A stretch of DNA of 64,000 nucleotides from Octopus sinensis (lineage: Eukaryota), in the NCBI RefSeq assembly GCF_006345805.1, contig NC_043006.1, positions 75,826,001-75,890,000 on the forward strand. The letters run 5' to 3'. The notes under the pieces were generated by a model. The model did no database searches and was not told the DNA's origin. It was given only the letters and a program-made list of their open reading frames with translations. The stretch's first letter is position 1, and the number at the start of each line of letters is the position of its first letter. A program made the position numbers and the translations under genes. This document shows positions 1 to 14,491 of the stretch, piece after piece.

Positions 1-764
1 CTTCATGATGACTACTCTAGCGGCCTAACATACTTCAAAGAAAATCTGACTATGAAATGCTCAGTACATAAAAACAATACTATGTATGGTTACGTTTCCT
101 GAACACTTGAAGATGACTGCAACATCGACATGTAGAATACTTACTGGAAACGTGACCGCTATATTACACTACATTTCGTAGGTAATGTGCATGGAAACCC
201 AGAACAGGACATTGCTACAAAATACCTAATAAACAGAAGAAACAGTAAAGCCCATGGAGCCCAAAGATACAAGCAAATAAGTCAATTACATACCATATGT
301 CAAGGACATTACATATGTCCTTGACATATGTAATTAGCAGCTACACAAAAATGGCATCAATGTACTACCCGTCTAACCCAATGCGAATTGATGATGTCAC
401 TAAAACAATATACAATGCCATGCGGAAACAAGACTCTCCTGGGGGATAAATATAGAGAGACCGCTGGTATTTAATACACACATAAACGTCAACATCAAAA
501 ATATTGGTAGATCATTCCCATCAAAAACTCTAGCAAATTCAAAGATCACAGCCCGGATAACATTATTGGGAATTGATAAAAGAAAAAAAATGTATCGCCA
601 GGTACCTCGCCAACGTGATTATTTCATCGAACAACAAGGAGAAAGACAAGGATAAATGCATCGAAATCTGCAGCTTCTATTCCGGATAATACATTCACAT
701 TCATAATACCAGTTATTTTCGGTGTGCTTTATTTTATTAGTAAATGAAAAGTGGGAATCTGGAG

Positions 765-768
<4 letters not shown>

Positions 769-844
<76 letters not shown>

Positions 845-990
845 TATATATATGCACGTATGTATGTATGTAGTATGTATGTATGTATGTATGTATGTAT
901 GTATGTATGTATGTATGTATGTATGTATGTATGAATGTATGTATGTATGTATGTATGTATGTATGTATGTATGTGTGTCTGTGTGTCTGT
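769..990. repeat. Compound microsatellite (CT)n(AT)n(ATGT)n
   Basis: Direct reading. Confidence 0.95.
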
Positions 991-1636
991 GTGTTAGAAA
1001 AATGAATCAATCAACTAACATGAACATTACGATAACAAGCGAAACTCTAAACATATGCAAACCTTTCTAAAGTAAGTTTCCTTTTGTTATCCACATTTCA
1101 AAGATGGGAGCATTTAATTGTTGTCAGAGACCAGATATTTTGCGGCAAAATTTCATTTACTTATAAACAGAAGAGAGCTTATATAAACCTGTGCACACAC
1201 ACACACATGGGGAAATATATAGTGATATAATTAGAGCAGAAAGGCACATAAACAAATTAATTTAAAATGTCTACTGTATACTCGGTATTCGGAGAACCTG
1301 TGCTACTTGCATTACAGCCTAGTGAAGTTTCCGTCAATTTAATACCTCCATCGGCAACCGTAAATCGACTACTAAGTTTTATTATCATGCACATAGTAGC
1401 GCCATCGATCTTGCGATTTCTATGCATTCATTATCGCACGAAATTTGGTCTTTATTCTCTTTTATTGAGCGTTCTTGTTAATTTGCTTCGCATGAAAGCA
1501 TTTTCCCAATGTACCTGTGAAATATTCATATGATTGCGATATATCTCTATCTATCTATCTATCTATATATCTATCTATCTATCTATCTATACATACTTAC
1601 ATACATACGTACATACATACATACATACACACACAC

Positions 1637-1678
<42 letters not shown>

Positions 1679-2029
1679 CGTCCCTCTCAAGAATAGGCAC
1701 TTTAACAGCTGATAACTCCGTTTTAATTTCTTTCAGTTTATGTATACATTTTGTGGACACCTGCATGAATGTATACATAGGCACTTATAATCATATTGGT
1801 ATCACTTTAGTATTCGACAAGGTAGTGCATTCTTGTAAACACCCACACATACACATGCACACACACAAGAATTTATAATATATATATATATATATTTACA
1901 TACTATACTGTACTGGGCAACTGGGCAACTGGGAAACGAAAGATAAGCACTTCTTTTTATAAAGATAGCGAAACCAATCTTAATACAAGTTGTCCAGAAA
2001 CTCTGCAGTCTCACTAGTTAGTACGTCAA

Positions 2030-2205
2030 CTTAGCAGAATTTCATCCATCTTTACGTTCTGAGTTCAAATTTCAGTGAGGTCGACTTTGTCTCTTATTCC
2101 TTCCGTGTCGATGAAGTAAGAACCATTTGAGCAGTGAGGTTAATGTAATCAACTTACACCATCCCCCCAAATTTGCTGGCCATCGGTCAAAATTTGAAAC
2201 CAATT
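2030..2205 (+). mobile_element. Degraded SINE family A copy (alternative tail)
   Basis: ttacgttctgagttcaaattt..gaggtcgacttt..., tail aaatttgctggcc..aaaatttgaaacc. Confidence 0.7.
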
Positions 2206-5200
2206 TACTATAGTATAATATATTATAGTATAATACATACACACACGCACACATACACACATAGACAGTAGTCTCCTCTTCATAAGATTTAACGATCCAT
2301 ATAACCTCCTTATGTCAATATTTGAAGGATACATTGGGCACAGTGATAAATCAAAAACATCCGTCATAAGGCATTGACAGCTACCTCTTAGCTAATTGCT
2401 CTATGGCGCACCAAAACACGATACAGAAAAAAAAGTCTACTGTTTTAACGTGTAATGAATATTCAATAAATACCGCTTATGTGATAGGAAACCTAGAAGT
2501 GAAATGGTGATATGCATTTGAATGTATTATTGTTTAGCCATACAAGAATAGAAACCTACATAAACACACATTGCGACGAATATATATATGTAACGACGCT
2601 CATTCTGTGACGAAGATTCAATTCTGTTCGACAGCTTATACTTCAAAAGTTTTATCTTGATTTATGCAAAAGCGTTGCCATTATCGCACATCAACGAACA
2701 ATATCTTACATCACAAATGAATGTCCTTCATATATCAAGACTTCAAAGAAGTTCGTATAAATGAGAGATAATTTAAATGTATGATTATAGAATTACCTGC
2801 CAAAGCTATCACAAAATCAATCATTCATGACGAGGAAATGTTAAGACACTTGGCATATCTTTTCAATATGAATATCTTGAAATGTATGCGAAACTTAGAC
2901 ATTTCTACACGAAACTTTAAGGATTTCACTCAAATTTTATATAATACTCATAGATTATTTAATCGTGAGGTTCTTATTAACTAACTTCATAGAATCTGTG
3001 TTTATAGTGATCTTGTATCTGTTAAGATTTCCTAATTTATTTCCTTTGATGTTAAACTGGTCACAAGTCCAATGAAACCGTTTAGATCGACGCTATTGAC
3101 GCTGTACATAGAACAGCTAATCGTGTTGTTCTTACTAGCGAGCCGTACACTATCTGTATTTAAATAATGAGCTTGCGTCTCGTAAGGTTTGCTGTTTAAA
3201 TTTCTTTTGTATTAGGGTGGTATGGTGGACAGTTTGGAGCCTATGGCCATTGTATGACCATATAATCCGTTTAGATATACAATGTTAATGTTTGTTTTGA
3301 AAGATCGGTGGGTTAAAAAAATGATGTACAAAGTAGGAAATTCAGAAAGCTGACGTTGTTGAGAAGAAAATCGTTACAAAATCTTGTGGTAGTGCTTTGG
3401 TAGAAATGGCAGAAGACCAACTATGTTCAATGATCATAAGACACTGTTTAAACGATAATTATTGAGCTGTGTTCCGGCTCAAGATCATACCAATCTGTCG
3501 GTTGCCTTGAGAGTAGATATAGCGTCCTTAGTCAATCATCATAACTTATATTGTATCTGCTAAAAACATTGACTTCTATGTTGAAAACCATGAACATCAT
3601 AAAGGAATACTAGAATTGAAAGAGAGAATAATGATACTTATAAACCCTGTCTTATACTGATTGCATCCCTTGTTTACCATAGAGAAGAAAATATGTATTC
3701 TATTAAGCTTTCATTATTTTAATGATTTCGAAACTTTAACTGTATTCATATTGAGACATTATCATGTATGGTTAATTTGACCAGAACTTTTTTTAATCTC
3801 TGTCTCTTCCATAAAGTTTATCCTTTTTATAAAAAGAAATATTTGAATACTGAACTCGAAGCTTTAATGGAAATATTTAACACAACGTTATTTCCAATTG
3901 GGACAATGATTATGGCTCACGATCACAAAGTTGTGGGTTCGATTCTTGAACCAGTACATGTTGCTTCTGTCTATACAACTAGGTATTGATGCGGCACGTT
4001 CTCGCTCCAGCAGTGTCTTTGGTATCAAGCGGGTAACTATGCCTGTTCGTGACCCCATAGGCACCTAAAATGTCAAGCAAATGCATGATGCAAGCAGTTA
4101 AGTCACACTCGCTTCTGAGTGACGGATGTGGGATATCGTTTAACCCTAAGGTAACCTCCGATCGGAGAGATTTACGATAAAAAAAGCATTCTTGTCCTGA
4201 TCATCCTGTCGTTTTGATTTTTCTTGTTTCAGTAGTCCAATAACTATTTCCCATCATGTTTTTCAAATATAGGTTATCTCGTATTTCATCATTCAATATA
4301 TTTAATCTGTTTGTTTTTAAAGACCAGCGGATGTGATAGAAACATGTGTTTCTTATTTCTAGCAAATAAAGCAAGGAAACTACTTCTCGTGTCAACTGAC
4401 TGAAATAACTACAAATGAATTTAATATAGTTTCTCAAAATAACGACTCAAATGTGTTTGTTCTGCATACAAACATTATCGATAAGCATTTGTGTATTTCT
4501 AGGTATGAGATGCATATATTCATAAGAGGAAAGTAAAGGAAAAAGAGGAGAGAATTTAAGAGTAAGAAATCATTGTGAAATAGAAAACCTTGTGTGTGTT
4601 TGTGTGTGTGTGAAAGAGAGAGAGTGAGAGAGAGAGAGAGAGTACAGAAAGACACATTGAGAGGGCAGAGTAAGAAAGGCAAAGAGAAAATGGGAAAATA
4701 GCAACACAGTAACACAGTGTTACAAAGAGCAAACGCATTTATGGTTGACAATATGCATAATTTCATTGCATAAACCACTTGAAAATTCAGTTCACATACC
4801 GACATAAAGAAAATTTAAAAGCTGGCAAATTTAAAAGTACAGTAAATGGCAAGACTATATATATATATATATATTTATATGTGCGTTTATGTGTGTGTGT
4901 ATATACATACATACATACAAATATATACATATATATATATATATGTGTGTGTGTGTATGTATATAAACATTGACTGTTCCAGAAGGTTGGAACCGACATG
5001 AATAATGAATGAGTGATGGCATGTTAGTGCAAAGAAAGAGGACAATAATGTACACACTACATTAATAAGAGTGGTATAAAACCGACAAAAGCTGGTTTTT
5101 AATTATTATGGCAAGAACACAGTTCGAGGTTCGGCAGATCAAGCTATGAATATATTTTTAAATGATCTAAATCTTATTTATAGCCATAAATCATTTCCAA

Positions 5201-5299
5201 ATGCTTATGTTTTGTATAATAGGGAAAAAAAGTCTTCTTTTTTGGAAGAAACAACTTCTTTCATTGGTTTCAATGTTTCCCGTTTAAAATGGCGGTAAT

Positions 5300-5535
5300 G
5301 GCGAGCTGGCAGAAACGTTAGCATACCGGACGAAATGCTTACCGGTACTTCGTCTACCGGTCTGCCACTACGTTCTGAGTTCAAATTCCGCCGAGGTCGA
5401 CTTTGCCTGTCATCCTTTCGGAGTCGATTAAATAAGTACCAGCTACGTACTAGTGTTGATGTAATCGACTTAATACGTGTGTCTGTCCTTGTTTGTCCCC
5501 TCTGTGTTTAGCCCCTTGTGGGTAGTAAAGAAATA
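5300..5535 (+). mobile_element. tRNA-derived SINE family A, full length
   Basis: A-box-like TGGCAGAAACG, B-box GAGTTCAAATTCC, central gcctgtcatcctttcggagtcgat, tail aaagaaata; GGTAAT on both sides. Confidence 0.88.
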
Positions 5536-6694
5536 GGTAATATATATCTTGATTGTTATGAAATTTGTACGCTGTAAATCTGTGGAAACTGAAAATGACT
5601 GAGAATGCAACAGGAGATTATAGGGAATGTTAAGCCTTGAAGGGTCTTGAATTAATATGAATATATAGGTATAGTTCATTAGCAATGGTAGTGAATGTAA
5701 GTGTATAGTTAGAAATATGTAAACTGTGAACTTTTGCACAGAAGAAATCAAAAATTGTTCGCTTTCGCTGATTCAGAGGAATCCTGAACTATGTAAAGAT
5801 GGTTACAAAACTTTCAAATTGAAGCTAGATTTATTTAACATTTTTGTATCCTAATATATCATTACAAAGTGAGATCGTCACCTTCAGTTATGTCCCAGAA
5901 CGTTTGTGAATGTTAATTATATCTTATTTAAAACGATATTACCGTTAAACCAATATAATTTTTCATTGCTGATGCATTTAAGCAGAAACTGATTTGAAGT
6001 CAGTCGTTCAAATATTTACAACTTTTCCAGGTTCCTGCTGAGTATTCTCTCCACCAGTATGCTATCACAACTTGAAACTGTATAGAACACGTTTTGCCAA
6101 GATTTCCGTGAACAGGACGACAGTTCATCAAAACCATAAAAAATACAAGTATCTTCGAATAAAATGTGAATACAAGGATGTATCAACTGCTCTAGATGTA
6201 CTGAGAAGTGACAGTTATATAATAGCTGCTGCGTGTTTGGCTTCTTTCTTCAGCTGAAAAATACATTTCCTACATTAAAATATCATTCGGCTTGGCATTC
6301 AGAAGATCACCTTGATAATTTCTATGTATACGTGAGATCCAGCCCAAGATGGTTGATCTTCGGTTGGTGATTCTCCTAACTCTGTATCATGTAAGAAATA
6401 CGCCGACACCAAGAGAAGCTTAACTAAGTTCACTACTTAATATTCTTAATATAGAAAAGTATTATATATATTCACGTATTTCTAGTGTGCTAGGTACTGC
6501 TTTTTTTCTTTGCAAGTGCATTCAAATATGTTTGTAGAAAGTAAGTATAAATGAAAAAGGAAAACGAGGTTAAATCTGCTAAGCGACAGTTGATAGGTAA
6601 AACCACCATCAGATTAAATAAAAAGGAATTTCGATATATCTATATAAGCATGATCATTTATATGTTAAAACATATCCAGATACATAAAATATTG

Positions 6695-7311
6695 TTCTCT
6701 ACTCTAGGCATAAGGCGCGAAATGCTGGAGGAGAGGCCCAGTCGATTAGATCGACCCCAGTACACAACTGGTACTTAATTTAACGACCCCGAAAGGATGA
6801 AAGGCAAAGTCGGCCTCGGCGGAATTTCAACACAGAACGTAAAGTCAGACGAAAATACCACTAAGCATTTCGCCCGGTGTGATAATGTTTCTTATTTCTT
6901 TTATTGCCCAGAAGGGGTTAAACATAGAGGGTTCAAACAAGGACAGACAAAGGCATTAAGTCGATTACATCGACCCCAGTGCGTAACTAGTACTTAATTT
7001 ATCTACCTCGAAAGGATGAAAGGCAAAGTCGACCTCGGCGGAATTTGAACTCAGAACATAGCAGCAGACGAAATACCAATTTCTTTACTACCCACAAGGG
7101 GCTAAACACAGAGGGGACAAACAAGGACAGACAAACGGATTAAGTCGATTACATCGACCCCAGTGCGTAACTGGTACTTTATTTAATCGACCCCGAAAGG
7201 ATGAAAGCCAAATTCGACCTCGGCGGAATTTGAAATCAGAACGTAACGGTAGACGAAATACAGCTAAGCATTTCGCCCGGCCTGCTAACGATTCTGTCAG
7301 CGGGCCGCCTT
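6695..7311 (-). mobile_element. Head-to-tail trimer of SINE family A
   Basis: One 5' head (7311) and three copies of the ggatgaaaggcaaagtc..ctcggcggaattt body; junctions at 7077/7078 and 6892/6893. Confidence 0.88.
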
Positions 7312-8344
7312 AAAGGTTTGATAGATCAGTTTGATAGAATAAGGTATCAGCTTAACTCTTTAGGGAAACGTGATAATATTTTTCCTGATTTTAAGTGGGG
7401 TAGACTTCTTGCTGGTAGCTAATGTTTTATGGAGGAGCACAAACTCAAACACACACGCACACACACACGAAACCCACTACACATACAGAAACCCACATAC
7501 AGAGAAACACCTCCATCTCATACACACACAACTACATTAGCGTGTGTAAATGTGTATGAATTTGCGAATATTTTTCAAGACAACAGCCTATGTTTGTGTG
7601 CGTGTGTGTGTGCACAAACACATCTACTTTGCTATCAACCGGTGCAACAGCTTTTCCATTTTGTCTGCTGGTGCCATCTGCTGATATATATATATATTCA
7701 GAGTTTCCAGTACAGTCTCCGAATATTTCTAGTAATAACTGCTTCGAAATTCACCTTTCCGACATTGAACAGCATATATATATATATATATATACGAGTT
7801 GGCAAATGACAAAAAGGGCACTCGATACACTTGATAGGCGTTACATGTATTATTTAAACAGTTTAATTCACGCACACAGACACACAGACACACACACGCA
7901 CACACAGACGCACACACACACAGACGCACACACACACACAGACGCACACACACACACAGACGCACACACACACAGACGCACACACACAGACGCACACACA
8001 CAAATCAATAGTCCCAATTTCTTTCGAAATAGTGATTCATCTTCTCTTCGAATATTTGCTGTCGAAGAGCATGCTACGGTCTAGCCGATCTGCGACAGTG
8101 CACATGTTGATGAAGAAACGCGGTGGCTTATTTAAACCGAATGCTTCAAACGATGAAGCGTATTGTCACACAAGAATATACTTCCTAAGTGGCCAACTTC
8201 GAACTTGTTATGATCGAACCCATTTGTACTGGTCACAAGGGAGATTAGAATTATTCCGTTACGTATTTATGTATCCTATTTGGTTTTGTCAATCAAATAC
8301 TTTCTTTCATTTCTTTAGTTCGTTTATTTTCCTTTTCCTTGCCT

Positions 8345-8578
8345 TTTCTTTATCAATAGCCGTCTTAATTAGTTATCCTTCATTGGTAAACATAGGAGGA
8401 AAATTGATATTAATTATTCTATATATGGAAGGAAGGCCTCTGCAAACAATATTCAATTTCGCTATTTGTTGTATAGTGTACATTTACCATTAATGAATTA
8501 ATTTACCTAACAATGAAGCAAAAAAGGTAAAAGGAAATCAACTTAACTAGCAAAATGAAAGAAACTTAATTAATATCG

Positions 8579-8580
<2 letters not shown>
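8345..8580 (+). repeat. Local direct duplication, copy 1 (copy 2 at ~11850-12080)
   Basis: Shared ctttatcaatagcc..ttaattagttatccttcattggtaaacata..ctgcaaacaatattcaatttc.ctatttgttgtatagtgtaca..ctagcaaaatgaaagaaa, followed in both by tacgtgtatacatgtatgcatataaatatat. Confidence 0.88.
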
Positions 8581-8641
<61 letters not shown>

Positions 8642-8688
8642 CATATATATGTTTGTGCGTGTGTGTGCGTGCGTATATATGTGCGTGC

Positions 8689-8730
<42 letters not shown>

Positions 8731-8831
8731 CGTGTATACATGTATGCATATAAATATATATCCATATATGCATGCGTATATATATATGTATATATATATA
8801 TAATATATATATATATACACACACGCACACA

Positions 8832-8874
<43 letters not shown>

Positions 8875-9623
8875 TATATATATGCCTCCTTCTCCCTGTT
8901 CCTCTGTGTAACTGTGTGTGTATACAGAATGTTAAAATAATTTTAAAAATGTTCTTTAAATCTGCTCGATTTTAATGAAGCGACATGTTTAAATTTAGTC
9001 CTTCATCTGCTATTTTCTCAGCTATAAAAAGAATTTTTTTTTTCTAAAGAGAAAAAAAGAAAAACGAAATTATAACAAAAGTGAATACAGTCTCTTAAAA
9101 TACTTTTGATATAAATTATTAATGGTTACATTTTGTTTATCGTTACTGAATACCATTCAGTTACAAATAACAGCAATTATTGCCATATTTCTTTTATAAG
9201 AAAGAAAAAAAAAAAAGAAATAGTTGCTTCCTACATTATCTAAAGAAGAACCGAAAACCAAAGGAAAAATGGCGGGTTGTAAATTTTTACTTGTTATTCG
9301 GTGATTTGTTTTGTCTAGACATTTTACGTCCAGTGTTTTAATTTGCTGCTTTATATTCAGTGTTTTATATTGGTGTTTTGCACCGTCTGTATTTGAATCA
9401 GCTTGTTCGCATGTATGTGCGTGTATTTCTGTAGTTATATACGTATGTCGCTTTGTGTGTGAGTGTGCATTTGTGTATGCATTGAGTGTGTGCATGCGCG
9501 TGCGAGAGTGTATTTATGTGTGTGTGTATGTGTGTGCGTCTGTGTCTGTTTGTGTGTGCATAAGTACGAATATTAATGAACAGAAATTGTAAGATCGACC
9601 GATGATAGAATTAGTCACCGTTC

Positions 9624-9624
9624 T

Positions 9625-9680
<56 letters not shown>

Positions 9681-9708
9681 TTATTATTATTATTATTATT
9701 ACTATTAA

Positions 9709-9742
<34 letters not shown>

Positions 9743-9779
9743 TTTATCATTATTATTATTAATTTTATCATCATCATCA

Positions 9780-9877
<98 letters not shown>

Positions 9878-9990
9878 TTTATCATTATTATTATTATTAT
9901 TATTATCCTTATTATTATTATTATTATCATTATTAATTTTATCATTATTATTATTATCATCATCATATTCTTATTTTTATTATTATGAGT
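9624..9990. repeat. Compound microsatellite (CTT)n(ATT/ATC)n
   Basis: Direct reading; source of the poly-L/I/R ORFs. Confidence 0.95.
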
Positions 9991-10184
9991 GTTGTTATTA
10001 CTGTTGGTGTCGTTGTTGCTGCTACTGTTGCTAAAATTATTTTAATCTGTTGCTGCTTTACAAAATTCAGTAGACAGAATAAGTAACCAAGTCGTTTAGA
10101 ATGACCTTTTACTACGATCGCCGATTTGGTTACTGGTGTTCCTATCATTATTGGAATTCGAGTACCAGAATACGGAAGGAGTTA

Positions 10185-10824
10185 TGTATACATACATGCT
10201 ATATATGTATATATACATACATATATACATACATATACATATATATATATATACATATATATATGTATATATATATATGTATATACGTATATATATATAT
10301 GTATATATATATATACATATATATACACACATACTATATATATATATACATACACATACATATATATATATATATATATACATATATGTATATATACGTA
10401 TATATATATACACATATATATATATATATATATACATATATATATACATATATATGTATATAGATACATATATATATATATACATATTTGTATATACATA
10501 TATATATATGTGTGTGTGTGTGTGTTTATGCATATATATATATATATACATACTTATATATATATATATGTATACATATGTTATCCTACAAGACTTGGTC
10601 TTCAAAAAAGCATCATAGTACGTTCACATACACAAGAAAGTCCTACCATAAAACTTTACAAATTCTTTAACACAGTGATTCACATATTTATATACAAATA
10701 CACATGCATACGTACGTACATACACATACATACATGCACATACATACATATACACATACATACATACATACATACATATACACATACATACATACATACA
10801 TACATACATACATACATACATACA

Positions 10825-10857
<33 letters not shown>

Positions 10858-10870
10858 GCATGCATACATA
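10185..10870. repeat. (AT)n/(ATAC)n microsatellite block
   Basis: Direct reading; source of the YI/HTYI ORFs. Confidence 0.95.
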
Positions 10871-11063
10871 TGGGTACGTACTGAGAAACATTTCCAGATT
10901 TGCAAATGATGCTCAATCAGTGACTTCGGTAGACATTGAAATAACAATCGTCGTTCTTCCTTTCTTCCAATTTCACTCACTTCAGGTAACGTGAACAAGA
11001 AGACTATCAATAGGAGGAGACTATCAATGCCGCGAGACTTCAAACACGATAATGAAGAATACG

Positions 11064-11188
11064 TAGAAGAAGAAGAAGAAGAAAAAGAAGAAGAAGATGA
11101 AGATGAAGAAGAAGAAGAAGAAGAGAAGAAGAAGAAGAAGAAGAAGAAGAAGAAGAAGACGAAGAAGAAGAAGACGAAGAAGAAGAAA

Positions 11189-11239
<51 letters not shown>

Positions 11240-11272
11240 AATAATAAGAAGAAGAAGAAGAAGGAGAAGAAG
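11064..11272. repeat. (GAA)n(AAT)n(AAG)n compound microsatellite
   Basis: Direct reading. Confidence 0.95.
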
Positions 11273-12483
11273 GAGACTGCAGGTAGTGACATTAACAGCT
11301 AATCACAGAGACGCCAATATAACAACCTATATATAGATTTAGTAGGTATAGGTCAGTAAAAATTCGAGTTTAAAAGCACGAACTTTTTAGCGATATCCAC
11401 AGACTTTTATATTCAGTCGTCCAGTTTTTTTCTATATCAAATTCCTCATCCCCTTACTTACTTTATCAAATTCAGATGTAGTTGCTGTTCTCTTTTTATA
11501 ATTGGATATATAATTCTGAATGCATGGTGATTCTTTTCTTTTTTTTTAATACATACGAATTATCAAATGCTCGGTTTTCGTTAACTGCATTATTGTATAT
11601 AAGTCTCCGAGCTTGATGAAAATAGGAAAGTTACTCAGGGGTGTTTCATCATAAATGGTTACATATTGTCATTTTCGTTTGACAGTGTTTCTTAATATCA
11701 TTTTTCTTTGTGTGTGTTCTTTGAGAAAGTATTGCAAAGTTTTGATATACGAAAATTTAGAAATGTTATATTGTTTTTAGATCAGAATGTGCATGACCTA
11801 GTTGTTCGGCAAATGCCCACCCCTATCATAAGTTTACATTTTCATTTCCTTTCCTTTATCAATAGCCAGATTAATTAGTTATCCTTCATTGGTAAACATA
11901 CGACGAAAATTGAAATTAATTATTCTATATATGGAAAGAAGGCTTCTGCAAACAATATTCAATTTCACTATTTGTTGTATAGTGTACAGTTACCATTAAT
12001 GAATTAATTTACTTTACAATGAAGAATAAAGTTAAAACGAAAGCAACTTATCTAGCAAAATGAAAGAAAATTAATAACGTTATATATATATATATGTGTG
12101 TGTGTATGATATACGTGTATACATGTATGCATATAAATATATATGCGTATATATGTATATATATATGTATAAATATATATATATATATACATACAAACAC
12201 ATGTGTATATATATGTAGATATATATATATATATACGTGTATATATCTCTTTTCCACCGTTACTCCAGTCCATTCTGCAATGGGAAAAATAAGCAACAAG
12301 AGTAAGTGATCGATCACTGTCATATTAGAGCGACAGTATTGACCAGTGCTACGCTCGGAAACCTGTAGGTATGAAGAAAATGAAGTCCTGCAGTAGGCTA
12401 ATATGACGTCCCTTTAACGCTAATCTTTGTTTTCAGGTAAATGAGAATAGTCATTTATATCGAATATTTAGATGGCATGGTAT

Positions 12484-12650
12484 TACTCGTAAAGGTGTAT
12501 ACCTTTTCAAAGACTACCATTTATGGTTAGCATCGCACCAGCAATATTTCAGCAAGTGATGGACACTATGATAGCAGACTATGAGTTTGCTGTCCCATAC
12601 TTGAATGACATATTGATCAAAAGGGAATCGAGGGACCAGCATATTGAACT
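12484..12650 (+). mobile_element. Ty3/Gypsy LTR-retrotransposon reverse transcriptase fragment
   Basis: TRKGVYLF, then after a frameshift RLPFMVSIAPAIFQQVMDTMIADYEFAVPYLNDILIKRESRDQHIE from 12511. The YLDD motif is mutated to YLND. No LTRs seen. Confidence 0.85.
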
Positions 12651-14062
12651 GGGTTCTACAAGACTGCTTTTATTTTAAAACGAATGCTATCAATGTTCCA
12701 TAACGGACCATCAATTTAAACGTTAGAAATGTTAATATTTTCATTTTTATCATCAATGCAGATCACGCTACTTCCGGTAGGAACTTTGTGGGCGACGGTT
12801 CACCATTTAGGGACTGAACATTCCCCACTTAGAATAAATTTGTCATAAAACACCATCAAATAAAATAACTAATGTGATAACGAAAATGTTAATTTAACAT
12901 CAGCTTGAAATGAAAATTAAATGTTGCCAAGCTCAGCACTGCAATAATAGCTTTATGAATTCCATTCTATTTTGAAGATCATGAAAATTAAATGAAGTTT
13001 GGCTCCGGCAATATTTGAACGCAGAACAAAAGAAAGAGAATTAACACTGTAAAGAAAAAATTACTAAAAATACCACAATCTTGTATCAGTCTTATCATTT
13101 AACTATGCAATCTTAAATGTTTCATTTAAGGCCATTAATTTTTTTATTGTTTTCAAAATAATAATTAAGAATCTGACATTATGAATTAGTAAAGGTCAAA
13201 CGAAAACAACCACTCTTGCTTCAACGCTTTTGAAATAGAACTCGATGTGACATAACACGACAAAATGTTGTAGGAGTTGTAATTAAACCATTTTTTAAAT
13301 CGTTAAACCGTTATATTTTTATCTGCTGAAGATTTGCTTCCATGTAAATGTTGAAATACTACAACACATAATTCTCATTTTAGTGGACACGGTGTTGTGC
13401 GTTATGCATTTATTTACTAAATATTTAAAATTATTCTGGATGATAACGAATATTTTAAAGAAATTCTCATCTCATGGACAATGCTTAAGAAAATACTATT
13501 GCATCGGTTGGTTTGTAGTTCAAGCCTTATATGCATATAATCATTTTTATCACTATGAATTATTACATAGTGATAAATTTTGTTATCAGTAATAATAATA
13601 ATAATTGTAATGATGATGATGATGACGACGACAACGACGACAACAATGACAATAATGATGATAGAGATAATGATGCTGTTGATGAAATTATTTTTGGTGA
13701 TGATGATGTTAACGACGATGCTGTAGAGGAGAAAGATCTTAGTGAAATGATAATAATTCATCATTTTCACCTAGATTTCATCATCGCCATTCCCCTCCGT
13801 ATGGAGTTAATAACAATTCCCATTCTCACGGGGGAACGGTTACGAAGTTGATGTCATAACTCAGAGAAGCGTTGTGCATACTAAAGTCACGCACGCTAGA
13901 GTCACACAAATGTAATACAGCGAGTTGACAAACTTCGATTAACTGAGATATTTGCCATTAAAAGACGGAAACAACTTCGAACAGTAATACAAAATTAAAA
14001 GGAACTAGGAAGACTGAGGAACCGGACGAGGAGCTAGCGGATGACTCTTCATCTGAATAATT

Positions 14063-14491
14063 TATTTCTTTATTGCCCACAGGGGACTGAACAAAGAGGG
14101 GACAAACAAGGACAGACAGGGGGAGTACATCGACCCAAGTGCTTAACTGGTACTTATTTAATCGATCTAGAAAGGATGAAAGGCAACGTCGACCTCGGCG
14201 GAATTTCCACTCAGAACGTAACGGCAGACGAAATATCGCTTGGCATTTCGCCCGTCGTGCTAACGTTTCTTATTTCTATATTGCCCACATGGGGCTAAAC
14301 ATAGAGGGGACAGACAAACGGATTAAGTCGATTATATCGACCCAAGTGCTTAACTGGTAGTTATTTAATCGACCCAGAAAGGATGAAGGGCAAAGTCGAC
14401 CTCGGCGGAATTGGAACTCAGAACGTAACGGCAGACGGAATACAGCTAGGCATTTCGCCCGGTGTGCTAATTTTTCTGCTAGCTCGCCGGC
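14063..14491 (-). mobile_element. Dimer of SINE family A with an 11-bp TSD around the whole dimer
   Basis: Junction at 14270/14271; flanks tctgaataatt (14052-14062) and tctggataatt (14492-14502). Confidence 0.88.

Noticed and set aside
6695-7311. Regularly repeated units resembling a CRISPR or satellite array
   Set aside because: The units are ~190-230 bp SINE bodies with no unique spacers, in a eukaryotic context with no cas genes.
10991-11302. Acidic/basic ORF MNKKTINRRRLSMPRDF..EEEE..KKKK
   Set aside because: Mostly (GAA)n/(AAT)n repeat; the short unique part has no recognisable homology.
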